DNA from: Squalus acanthias
Lineage: Eukaryota
DNA length: 64,000 nt
Direction: 5' to 3'
Assembly: GCA_030390025.1 (NCBI GenBank)
Contig: CM059432.1
Span: 69,504,001-69,568,000 of the forward strand
Below are positions 12,791 to 24,220 of the stretch, piece after piece. Position 1 is the first letter of the stretch. The number at the start of each line of letters is the position of its first letter. The notes under the pieces are model-generated. The model was given only the letters and a program-made list of their open reading frames with translations. It searched no databases and had not been told where the DNA came from. The position numbers and the translations under genes were made by a program.

Positions 12791-15004
12791 AGAGATGGCT
12801 TTATCTGTGATTGACACAATGGGAGTAGAGAGGCCACGTGAGATGTTGAGGAATACCTCGAACAATCGCTGTGGAGAACTCGCTGCTGCTTCAGTGGAAT
12901 ATCAGAAGGATTGTGGCTAGGGCTCTGTGCTGTTGGAACTTCCAAACTCCATTCGTATTCTAGCACAGACACTCTAGGCTGAATGACCTCCTTCTTTGTT
13001 ATAAACTTCTCTGGTTCCATGCTTCTACTTAAGCAATTTGTGGTGGCACTCATTGTAGCTGGCAGTGATCTGTCTAGACAGAACAATGTGCATGGTTGAC
13101 TGTATTCTTTCCCCAAGGCTATATTATCTTTATCATAGGGTTCTTGAGTTATAGATCTAAGACTCAGCAACTGTCGTAGAATTTTGGAGTGAAGCCATTG
13201 ATAGAGATTTTCTGGCTAAGCTTGGATAGGTGAAATTTTTTCAACCAAGGCCCTGTAGTCTCTAACTAACACATTTGTATAGGTGAAGAGTTCATTTTTA
13301 TCAGTTAAAAAGCTCATTTCCTGCTTGTCATGTGCTGAGCTGTAACATTGGCGAGTCTGCTGTAATTGATAATGAGCTGGGAGAGGAAACTTTAGCATTC
13401 TATGTGTTCATAGGTTCTTCGCATTATACACCAAACAGCTCCGTTAGAAGCCCAAATTTCCAACATTCAGAAACTAACCTTCAGTGTATTTCAACAAGAG
13501 GCGAATGGACTAAATAGTATTCAAGATTAATATTGGTATGTTACATCTGATACTAATGCATTTAGCAACAAAACAGTGACAGAGGAGTTGTGGCTGAGCC
13601 ACTGAATGAATTCCAATTCCAGCATATGTTTATTGCTGTGCTTTCACCTGTACAAACCACCTCCAGAAGAGCACCTGTGTATTTTTAAAGTGCTAGCCTT
13701 GGGATGTTTAACTGTGTTAAATGTGCTATATGAATGCAAGTTGTTGCTATTGTTGTAGTAGTATATTTTTACTTTCTATCATATTGGTGATGCCAATAGT
13801 GCTTTTTAAACATTAGAAACTCCTGTCAGTTCCTGTTTCCGCTGTCTGGTTTATAATGCAAGCTTAATTTTAAACGCTGAGCTTTTATTCCTATAATGGA
13901 CTTGTTTGTTTTGTTATTGTGTACAGTAAATTAAGAACATATGATGTGTTTGCTGTTATTTCTAAATGTACAAATTGCTTTTCGTTTCTTTCAACTGTTG
14001 TCCTCCGGGCAGTTGTATTCCTCTGATTTGGATTGTGAATTAAATGGTGTACAATAAAAAAATTGCTTGTTTTTTTGGCATGAATATATTTTTATTTGTA
14101 TGTGAATGTAGCATATTGTTATGTGAAATACTATATTCAGCATAGTTACATTATATGGCTGCATGCTAAAATTTTGACTTAATCCTTCAATGGTTATGCA
14201 AAACTTTGGTGTATTAATTGTGATGATTAATACTGTAGTCTTGAGACTCTGGGTAAATTTAGCTATAGCAATTTACCTTCAGAATGTGAATGCATTATGT
14301 GGCCCAGATACGGGAATGTAACAAATACTTTGGCAAAGGATCTTTGCTTTCTTGTTGACTATTTTGTGTGGTTGGGATGTTTGTAACAGACCAACATACT
14401 TCAAGTAATGGAAAATCAAGTCCCCTACAACTTAAGCACACTAGCAATGGAAGTTGTCATGATGATTTAATCAAGAAAATAAATGTCTCAGAAACACTCC
14501 CGATAAAATTTGGATCCATAGCACCCTTCTTTTGGGTGCCACGAGCCCTTAAAGGTCCAAAATGGCATTCGTGGCGCGCTGTGCATACTTGGGCGAATCG
14601 TGCTGGACGCCATGTTGGTGAGGGCTTTAGCGCACGTGCAGTGAATGCCTGCCGGAAGTATGCAGAATAGGCATATCATGGCGTCAATCAGTGTCTAATG
14701 CTGATTTGTTGCCAGCGCTGCCATTTTGGAGCTCAACACTCCAGCTAACGCCCTCTCTTAAGCTTGCACAGCTGAACACGTGATCAGTAGCAGGAAGGAC
14801 CCCCATTAGTGCTATTTAAAGGGATCATCAACTACATACAGGTTAGTTGCTGATTGATTTCTTCTGGCTGTTGAAACATGTCTACAAGTGGTTGGTGCTT
14901 TCTATGGGGTTTAATGTTCCAAAATATACAGGGAGTGGTTTCGCAGGTGCTGAAGGACATTTTCCTGAGTTCAAGGCTTCTGGACAAACCACTTGCTGCC
15001 AGAC

Positions 15005-16110
15005 ATGGGTGCACTAGTAGGAAGTCCCCTTGGAATTCAGCATGACTTGGAGAATGAGCAGAGGGCACGCAGAGCAGGACAAGCTGCTGGAAGAGGGAGG
15101 AGGAGAAGGGCTCTCAGTAGGAGGTCATATTCTCCCAGGATGTTCAGGGAGGAATTATCCTACCTGAACCTCAGCGAGGAACAATTTGTGAGACGCCTGC
15201 GTTTCAGTAAGGACGTCCTCACTGAAATCTGCCACCTGCTGCAGCCACAGCTGCAACCTCAGAGCAAGGACCGCATTGCCAGTGGCTGTGAAGGTGACCG
15301 TGACGATTAACTTTTATGCATTTGGCTCCTTCCAGGCTGGAGCTGGAAATATTTGCAACATCTTGCAGTTTGCCATCCACTGTTGTGTAAGGGAGGTTAC
15401 AGAGGCTCTCTATTCAAAGATAGCTGACTACATTTCATTCTCTCTTGCCAGAGAGCAGCATGTGGAGCGAGCACGTGGCTTTGCAAGGATTGCAGGCTTT
15501 CTCATGGTCCAGGGTGCCATTGACTGCATACACATCGCTTTGCGGACGCTGCATGTCAACTCTGCCATGTACTGAAACCGAAAGGGGTTCCACTCCCTTA
15601 GCATCCAGCTGGTGTGTGACCATAGGCAGCGAATCATGCAGGTCAATGTTCGGTATCCTGGCAGTCATGGTGCCTTCATTCTGCGGTAGTCCATTGTGCC
15701 ATCTGCACGAGCCACCACGGCAAACCAAAGGGTGGCTACTGGGTGACCAGGGCTATCCGCTGACAACATGGCTGATGACTCCGGTGCGTAACCCAGACAC
15801 ACATGGGCAGCATGCACTATGCTGCCACACGAAATGTGATAGAACAGACTATTGGCGTGCTGAAACAATGCTTCCGCTGCCTGGACAGCTCTGGAGGAGC
15901 CCTGTAGTACTCGGCAGAGCGCGAGTCAAGATTCGTGGTGGTCTGCTTCATGCTACACAACCTCGCCATCATGAGGGCACAGTCTTTGCCACCAGCTATA
16001 CGGCGCGCAGCGAAGGAGAAGGAGGAGGAAGAGAAGGAAGAAGGGCGGAGACAACCTAAGCACCCTTTTTCTGGCCGGGCTGTCAGTGAAGAACTCATCA
16101 GAGTGTAATC
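15005..16110 (+). pseudogene. Harbinger (HARBI1-like) DDE transposase pseudogene
   Basis: Motifs SYLNLSEEQFVRRLRF, PVAVKVT..NFYA.GSFQ, VQGAIDCIHIAL, GWLLGDQGYPLTTWLMTP spread over several frames, with stops. Confidence 0.88.
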
Positions 16111-16804
16111 CCGGTAACCGCAACTCCAATTCCCCATTCACCAACAGTCCCAGACTTTACCTTCCCTCTCTCACTGACCATCACTTCGTCCACTTGGCCA
16201 CAATGCAAAAATAAAAGCCTCCAAACCAAATTTATAAATCAAATCATGTCATATTGCATACAAACATCAACTAAGCACCCTTGTTCATTCCCTTAATGCC
16301 CGTCTTCTGTGTGCCTTTGCCTGTCCTAGTGCTCCTACGCAGTGCTACCCCAGTGGCTGCAGCATGGCTGGTGGAAGGCTGCTGACTTTCACTGTAGGAG
16401 ACTGCCGATGGCCTTGGAGGACGACCTCGAGCAGCTCTGGGCCTAGAAGGCCTGGCTGTGGACTGCACCATCTTGGCATAGGCAGCAGCAGTCTGGGTTG
16501 GCTGGCTGACGGGCAACAGCAAGGGCATTGGTGGAGTGGCAGTGGTGGGAGAGAGGACAGCAGGTTTATGCTCCACGGAACCACTGCCACTCCCCCGGGG
16601 CGGCGTCTCGGCAATCGAAATAACCTGTTGGAGGACAGATTGCTGGACTGCTGTGGCACCCTGCAAGCCCCTTTGAACACTGGAATCCAGAGCCATGACG
16701 GCAGTACTCCGACATTGGGTGGCTGCTGCTTGTGCTGCAATGGAAGCTGAGACATCGGCCATCAGACGCTGCATCATGGTTGTGTCCACACGGGTGCTAA
16801 TGGA

Positions 16805-16885
16805 ATAAAAACAGAAAATGCTGGAAATACTCAGCAGGTCAGGCAGCATCTGTGGATAGAGAAACAAAGTTAACGTTTCAGGTCT
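16805..16885 (-). mobile_element. Penelope-like repeat fragment (family 2) inside H1
   Basis: aaaacagaaaatgctggaaatactcagcaggtcaggcagcatctgt..gttaacgtttcaggtc, the same unit as at 27517, 32574 and 61563. Confidence 0.65.
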
Positions 16886-18735
16886 AATTTTTTTGTGCGC
16901 GGCCCCTCTAAATTTGCTGTGTGGCCGTGCACGTGTGGTAACTTCAAGCAGCAGCAGCTAGTGCCTGTTTGGGTGCGGGGGCCACGGGAGAGCCTGTGCG
17001 GGACCACCCGATTGGTGCACGGCTGCACACCTTAGAGGGAACATTGATTGCAGCCATGTCCTGGGAACTAAGCTGCTGACATTGATATCCTCATGACCTC
17101 TTCCCACTGGTGGTGGAGCTGTTGCCTGGAGGGCTTTCTGACTGCCCCCCCCCCCCCACCCCCCGAGAAGTACAGGGGCTCCTTCCTCCTGTGGACAGCC
17201 TCGACCCATGCTGCATCCGTGAACCTGGGTACCCTCTCTGTACCTCTTCCAACCATTTTAGCCCTTTCATAATGTTTCCCTGCTGTCTGCAGCCAGAGTG
17301 CACCTTCCCTTTAAGAGGTGCTAGTTGCCTATAAGTGCCGTGAGTAAAGCCCAATACCTCTCCCGCGGCCCCCCCCGCACCCAAACAGGCACCAGCCAAG
17401 AAATAGTGCCGGTATCGCTGACTGGACGCCTGATTCATTATAATAAGCTACCAGCACCAATTTCCCATGGTTCCTGCGACCATGTGAATAGGCACCTATA
17501 GCGGTGCGCGCCAACACCCGCCAACCTGTTTTCAGGCATGATCGAATTTCTAGGCCTATAACCCCGTATCTCACCAACTATAAGTAATAAGTATATGAAT
17601 TTGCAGAGAAACAAGTAGCGTTACAGCACGTACGCCATGCTATATTTTCTGTTCTTTTTGCTTACATTACTAAAGCACCAAACACATCGGCCTTTACGCC
17701 TCATTCTTAACCTTTATTAACCTTTTATCTCTCAGGTGGTACACCTTTCATATTTCTTGCAGGAGCTTGACAATACCAGCAAATAACTGAAACTCAAAAC
17801 ATATGGAATCAACTCGAAATGCTAATTAGCATTTGCTATAAGAAATAAAACAAATGAGCACACAAAAGGCAGTATTTGGATTGAAGGTTTCTGATAACAT
17901 AAACTGCCTTGTGCAACAATAGTTGATGTTGACTGTTTGATTTTTCCTTCCTGTGGGAAATCGCCTGGCTTCTGCTTATTGTCTCTGCATGGTGTTGTGG
18001 CTAGAATCAATAGTTCAGTGTGAGGAATCCTTATATTAATTAAATAATTTCAGTTGGGCTGACAGAAATCTTCTCGAATTAATGTTAAATTATGGAATTC
18101 TTATACAAATTTCAAGTAGCTTTTGTAAAATCCATCTTGAAGTTTATAACTTCTTCGAAGCAACTCAATTCAATTATTCAATTGTATTTTTCTACTGATC
18201 TCTTTTCATGTATATCCCTGTTAAAATTTACAGAAGATAAAATAGTCTGGTGCATGGATGGATTGAGAGTAACATACTGGTGATAATGAGCTATGATGAT
18301 ATCTAACACAGAAGAAAGAAAGCCCAGAACTCCGTTGCGATGGTGTGAATTATTCTGTACTATGCAGCTTGTGGTGTCTCGAAGTTGCTTTTGTGATACC
18401 ACCATCTGATGTTATCCATTAAATGGTGTTTCAGTATATGCATGATGGCTTTTGATATTCATACATTGGAAATATTGATTCTGTGTGTAGTGAAACTACA
18501 TTCTATACCAATATACTATTCAAAATAACTAGTAATGTGACAAGTACAGCAGTTCTGTCTTGTTACTTTTTTTAAATAAATGCTTAAAAGTTATGGTAGT
18601 CCAAATTCTACTCACATTCTTAAATCTAAAATGGTTGCTCAGCGACACATTCGTCAGTCAGGATAGCAGTGGAAACAGTGGAGGACCGGGCAGTGAGGCC
18701 GCCCATTTCTTGTCTGCCGCATCTAAAAATCACCA

Positions 18736-18916
18736 AAAATGAGAAGTCGCACAACACCAGGTTATAGTCCAACAGTTTTATTTAAAATTACGAGCTTTCG
18801 GAGCTGCAGCAGCTCCGAAAGCTCGTAATTTTAAATAAAACTGTTGGACTATAACTTGGTGTTGTGCGACTTCTCATTTTTGTCCACCCCACTCCAACAC
18901 CGGCATCTCCACATCA
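18736..18916. mobile_element. Fold-back (palindromic) Penelope-like insertion, family 1, 12-bp TSD
   Basis: ~70 bp near-perfect inverted arms centred near 18808 plus a 3' tail; flanked by TAAAAATCACCA at 18724-18735 and 18917-18928. Confidence 0.8.
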
Positions 18917-19329
18917 TAAAAATCACCAGGGGAAGATCCCAATTTCCTATCCCAGTGCAAATCTTACACCTGTCAAAGTCCCTCGGGGCTCATTTGCACA
19001 GCTGCACTGATCAAGTACACCTACGTTTCCTAGGTTTACGTCGCACCTGCAATCTATGTAACTTCAAACAGTTTAACAGCTCCACCTAGCATTTCAGGCA
19101 AGTGTGAGTGAGGAATTAATGAGCTGAAGAGACGCTAATTTCAATTACTGATTACAGGCTTTCGAGGAACTTTAAAAAAAAATCCTTTCCTTCACATTTT
19201 TAATCACTGACACCTAAACTTCCTTTTACTGTAGTGCTCTCTTGCTACCCACAATTTTTTTTGTGACCCCCCCGACTTCCTCTGTCCCAAATCCACACGC
19301 AGATCGACTTTGGACAAGGGATGACTTTC

Positions 19330-20510
19330 CCCATGGGCATGCCACTCTATGCCATCATAATGGAGGAGGAGTTGCAACAACAGCGTGTCAAGGTCAGTGG
19401 AAGCCCATCAGGTACAACCCTCCCCAGCATGTGTATGGGTCACACAGGTCCTAGACTCTCCGAGGTGCTGTGAATCCAATGGCTCGCCTCTCTAAGGACG
19501 ACACTGGGCATCTTTGCCAACTTTTACATGAAGATTTGCAGACTCACTCCACTGCCACAACTGCTCTGTCCATGTCAATGAAAGTGATAACAGCCCTCAA
19601 CTTTTATTAGTCCTGTCCTGATCCTTCCAGGCTGTCACAGGGTATCTGTGTAACATTAACCAGGGAGCTGTCAGGGCATATATCCAGTAGATGATGGACG
19701 CCCTCTTTCATAGAGCAACAAATTTCATCCACGTTGGCATCGCCCACAGCCATCAGAGGTACAGAGCCAGGGACTTCTGCTGGATAGCTGAATGAGCCAA
19801 ATGAGCCAATGACTTACGTGAATAGGAAGGGGTTTCATTCCCAGAATGTCAAGCTTGTCTGTGATGCAAACCAGGCCATCTCCTCACTTGCCACTGCAAG
19901 CGTTATCAGAGGGCACATTCTGCAGGACATCCTCATCAACTGATCGACTGCAGAGCCAGCACCTCAGCCTTACCTTGTTCTGCACACCCTACTAGATGAC
20001 ACCAAAGCAGATCTCTTTAGCCCAGCAGGACCTTGCCTGTGTGAAGAAATCTGAATCTACTGAATGGTCTATTTCCTGGCACTGTAATATTCATAAATAC
20101 CCTTATCCAGAGTAGAGTGTGAGACTCAGTAGTGTGAGTGTTGCTTTAAGGGTGAAGAATGCGGTGATTTCCAGGGTGGCCAGGGTGGAAAGAGTGTTGT
20201 GACATGCTACCCTGGCCTGTCCTCATGAAGTATTTTCACTTTGTTCTGCACTGTTGATCATTCTTGGGTGTGAGGGAGTTGAGGTCAGTGCCAGTGCCAG
20301 CTCCCTGCAGTTAGCACAACTGATGTTGGTATCCAGCTTGGTGAGAAGTGCGAGGCTCCTGTCTTGTACCTCTTGGAGAAGGGCTTGGAGGTCATCATCA
20401 AAGAAGCCAGTTTGGCTTCTTCTACCTGCTGTCCTGGCGTGGGGCCCAGTCGGCACAGCTGGGAATGATAATGCCAATATGGACTGATGCTGTGGGTGAG
20501 AGATGCCATT
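19330..20510. mobile_element. Highly degraded Harbinger element (H2): transposase remnants (+, ~19330-19950) and Myb/SANT-like exon (-, 20223-20509)
   Basis: + strand: aaagtgataacagccctcaacttt (KVITALNF) and aataggaaggggtttcattcc (NRKGFHS). - strand: FFDDDLQALLQEVQDR, resembling the Myb exon 1 of H4. Confidence 0.7.
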
Positions 20511-20923
20511 GAGTGATTTGGTGCTTACCTTGTTGGCCAGTGTTCTGCTACTGCCGGCATCTGTAGACCGCTTTTAGAGAGTTACATTGTTACATAGGAT
20601 TACATAGGATATACGGCACAGAAACAGGCCATTCGGCCCAACCAGTCCATGCCGGCGTTTATGCTCCACTCGAGCCTCCTCCCGTCTTTCCTCATCTAAA
20701 TCTATCAGCATAACCCTCTATTCCCTTCTCCCTCATATGCTTGTCTAGCCTCCCCTTAAATGCATCTATACTATTCGCTTCAACCACTCCCTGTGGTAGT
20801 GAGTTCCACATTCTCACCACTCTTTGGGTAAAGAAGTTTCTTCTGAATTCCCTATTTGTTTTCTTGGTGACTATCTTATATTGATGGCCTCTAGTTATGC
20901 TCTTCCCCACAAGTGGAAACATT

Positions 20924-21657
20924 GGGGGGAATTTTGCCAGCCCTGGGGAGGCGGGTTTGGAGGTGGGACTGCCGGGAAAATGGGAGAATCTGGGGCGGGT
21001 GCCCATCCGCAAGTAGTTAACAGGCAGTTAAGAGGATTATCCCCATTTTACCCCTGCAAGTGCGGGCTTCCCAACGTCGGGAAACCCCGCCAGGGTCACC
21101 GAGGCGAGCAGTGGGTCTGCGGGGGTCGGAGGGGTCCAAAAGTGCGCTGTGGAGGTGAGTGGTGGGTGCAAGTGTGGATAGGTAATTAAGTGAGGTGAGT
21201 GAAAAGTGATATAAAATGTTTACTTACCTTTGTTTCCTCCTGCAGGCTTCAACAGTTGGGGAACCGGAGACTCCGGCATCTCACCGGCAGAGATGACAGA
21301 TGGCTGCTGCATTCTCCGATGCAACAGCCATCTGATTTCTGCTCAGCAGATAGGTTTGATGAGTCTTGAATACAAGGACTCATCAAACAACAGAGAATGT
21401 CAGTGTTTGACAGCTTCACAGAGCTGTCAAACGATGACAATTCATCTGTCAAAAATTTTTGACAGATGAAACGTCATAGGCTGTCGTTCTCTGTAACCAG
21501 CTTTCCCATAATTGGCCTGCTAAACCCGCTGGGCGGGCTTAACAAGGTCAATCAAGGAAAAATAGCGTGGGTTGGCCAGAAGTCGATGGAGGCGGGACTA
21601 AAACCCGACAAGTGTGAGTCCCGCCTCCAAAAGCTCCCCATTGGCAAAATCCAGCCC
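20924..21657. mobile_element. Non-autonomous Harbinger-like MITE, TSD ATT
   Basis: TIRs GGGGGGAATTTTGCC / GGCAAAATCCAGCCC; removing it restores the host CR1 sequence ggaaac-ATT-ctctctg. Confidence 0.85.
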
Positions 21658-22370
21658 ATTCTCTCTGTATCCACTCTATCAGAACCTTTCATAATCTTAA
21701 AGAGCTCTGTTAGGTCACCCCTCAGCCTTTTTTCAAGAGAAAGAGACCCAGCCTGTTCATCCTTTCCTGATATGTATACCCTCACATTTCTGATATCATC
21801 CTTGTAAATCTCTGCACCCTCTCCAGTGCCTCTATATCCTTTTTATAATATGGCGACCAGAATTGTACGGAGTACTCTAATAGTGGTCTAACCAAGGTTC
21901 GATACAGGTTTAGCATAACTTCCCTACTTTTCAAATCTATACCTCTCGAAATATACCGTAGTGCTTGGTTTGCTTTTTTTTATGTCCTTGCTAACCTGTG
22001 TCGCAACTTTTAGTGATTTGTGTATTTGTACTCCGAGATCCCTTTGTTCCTCTACCCCACCTAGACTCGCACCCTTCAAGTAATAAGTGACCTCCCTATT
22101 CTTCCTACCAAAACGTAATACCTCACATTTATCTGTGTTGAACTTCATTTACCAATTATATGCCCATTCTGCAAGTTTATTAATGTCCTCCTGTAATTTG
22201 TTGCAGTTCTCCTCAGTATTGACTATCCACCCTAATTTGGTGTCAGCCGCAAATTTAGAAATTGTGTTTTTGCTTCCAAAGTCTAAATCATTAATATAAA
22301 TTGTGAACAGCAGTGGTTCCAGCACTGATCCTTTTGGAACATCACTACCCACCTTCTGCCACTGTGAATA

Positions 22371-22778
22371 CTGAGATGAGGAGGAACTACTTCACTCAGA
22401 GGGTGGTAGGTCCATGGAATATGCTGCCACAAAAGCTGTAGAAGCTACAACATTAATTAAATTTAAAACAGAAATAGACAGTTTCCTAGAAGTAAAGGGC
22501 ATTAAGGGTTACGGGGAGCGGGCAGGAATTTGGACATGAGTCTAGGTTCGGATCGGTCATGGCCCTGTGGGTAGTGGAGCGGGCCCAGGGACTGTGTAGC
22601 CTGATTCTGCTCCTATTTCGTGTGTGCAATTCTGTTAGATGCAGGAGATGGTTCTGTGATAGATAGTAGATTGGCGGTTAGGATCAGATCAGCCATGATC
22701 TTATTGAATGGCGGAGCAGGCTCGAGGGGCCGATTGGCCTACTCCTGCTCCTATTTCTTATGTTCTTATGTTATGTTA
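22371..22778 (+). mobile_element. CR1 3'-end retrocopy with duplicated tail, 6-bp TSD TGAATA
   Basis: CR1 C-terminal and 3'UTR sequence ending (TTATG)n; TGAATA at 22365-22370 and 22779-22784. Confidence 0.75.
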
Positions 22779-22876
22779 TGAATAGCTACCTTTTACCCCT
22801 ACTCTCTGCTTTCTGTCTTGAACAAAATTGAGAGGTCGCACAACACCAGGTTATAGTCCAACAGTTTTATTTGAAA

Positions 22877-22919
22877 TCACAAGCTTTCGGAGCTATCGAT
22901 TTGCTCCTTCCTCAGGTGA
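22877..22919 (-). ncRNA. Mirror-copy minimal hammerhead ribozyme on the opposite arm
   Basis: Exact reverse complement of 22926-22968. Confidence 0.75.
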
Positions 22920-22925
22920 AGCACT

Positions 22926-22968
22926 TCACCTGAGGAAGGAGCAAATCGATAGCTCCGAAAGCTTGTGA
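22926..22968 (+). ncRNA. Minimal type I hammerhead ribozyme (Penelope-associated type)
   Basis: UCAC-CUGAGGA-A-GGAGC-loop-GCUCC-GAAA-GC-UU-GUGA: complete CUGANGA/GAAA/UH core, stem I UCAC/GUGA, stem II GGAGC/GCUCC, palindromic AGCU in place of stem III. Confidence 0.78.
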
Positions 22969-24056
22969 TTTCAAATAAAACTGTTGGACTATAACCTGGT
23001 GTTGTGCGACCTCTCAATTTTGTCCACCCCAGTCCAACACCGGCATCTCCGCATTCTGTCTTGAAGCCAGCCAACCATCCATTCTGCTACCTGTCCTCTG
23101 ACTCCACATTCTCTGACCTTGTTCATCAGTCTATTATGGGGTACCTTATCGAAGGCCTTTTGAAAATCTAGATAAATTACATCTACTGTATTACCATTGT
23201 GTACTCTCTCTGTTACCTCTTCAAAAAATTCAATGAGGTTGGTCAAGCAAGACTTTCCCCTTTGAAATCCATGCTGACATAGTTTTTGGTTTCTAGATGT
23301 TCTTCTATTTTCTCCTTTAGTAGGGATTCCATTATTTTTCCTACCACCGATGTTAAGCTGATTGGTCGAAAATTCATTGGACATGTTCTATCCCCTTTCT
23401 TATTGTACAGAAGTTTCTGGGGGAGAGGGGGGGGGTCAGCAACTTACACCGTTTCTACATTCAAGTCACACCAGAGCTACACCAAAAATATCTCAATGAA
23501 CTTAACCCAAGAAATGTTTGTGTAAATCCCTCTGATGGTGAACGTGTAACTTACATAGGATATACGGCACAGAAACAGGCCATTCGGCAGCCCAACCAGT
23601 CCTTGCCGGACTTACTGATGCAACAGCATTGTAACTGACATTAAGAAAATTAAGGGTCTAAGGCCAGGAAATTTCTCAGAGCTTCTCTTGCTCTGCTGAT
23701 GTTACTTTGCTGAAAGTCTCACCTTCCTTCTACAGGCTTTTGCAGGCCAGATTTGATGTCACCTAATCACTACTTATTGAATTACTAGCTCTCCTATTCA
23801 ACTTTGTTGCGTCTTGTGGTGTCCAGAACTATGCGGCATGGTCATTCATCTTGCCTTCTCAACATAAAAATGTTTTATCACTAATAGCTATAATTGATAA
23901 CTATAAATAATTGGCATCAAGACTGAAAGTAACCATAGTATAGTCAAATATATTAATCATAAAGCAAAATCAGATTAATTTTACACAGCAAAATATTTTA
24001 CATTTGCATTACATGTTTTACTGCAAACATTAATTATGTTCCTATTTTCACCATAG

Positions 24057-24220
24057 GAGGTAAATGGAAGGTAACTATTCTCACTAGTGACCTACCATCT
24101 GCAGGTACAACTGCTCAGGCTCACATCACATTCTATGGTGACGAGGGAAAGTCGAGATCTGTTGTACTTCATGGAAATTCTGAAGAAATGTTTCAGAGTG
24201 GGCACAAAGACATTTTCACT
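24057..24220 (+). CDS. RP1: RP1-locus PLAT/LH2 domain 1, exon a (GKWKVTILTSDLPSAGTTAQAHITFYGDEGKSRSVVLHGNSEEMFQSGHKDIFT)
   Basis: Acceptor ccatAG, donor GTatgt; phase 1 in, phase 0 out; PLAT N-terminal signature V...T.D...AGT...I..YG; absent from the ORF track in this frame. Confidence 0.88.

Larger units (their letters stand above)
14497..17556. mobile_element. Degraded PIF/Harbinger transposon (H1), convergent transposase and Myb-like genes
   Basis: Transposase fragments on + (15005-16110) and Myb-like fragments on - (16271-17270); right end gatcgaatttctaggcc resembles a TIR; left boundary approximate. Confidence 0.8.
22823..23053. mobile_element. Fold-back Penelope-like insertion, family 1, 12-bp TSD, carrying hammerhead ribozymes
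   Basis: ~98 bp perfect inverted arms around 22922; TTCTGTCTTGAA at 22811-22822 and 23054-23065. Confidence 0.85.
20580..23400 (-). mobile_element. 5'-truncated CR1 LINE with nested insertions
   Basis: RT motifs QHGFQRGKSCLTNLIEFFE, YLDFQKAFDKVPH, ISKFAADTKL, MKFNTDKC and FFTQRVVRMWNSLP on the - strand. Confidence 0.9.

Noticed and set aside
18736..18880. miRNA precursor or CRISPR-like repeat
   Set aside because: Near-perfect long hairpin with a TSD and a paralogue at 22823 indicates a mobile-element origin; no spacer array; eukaryotic context.
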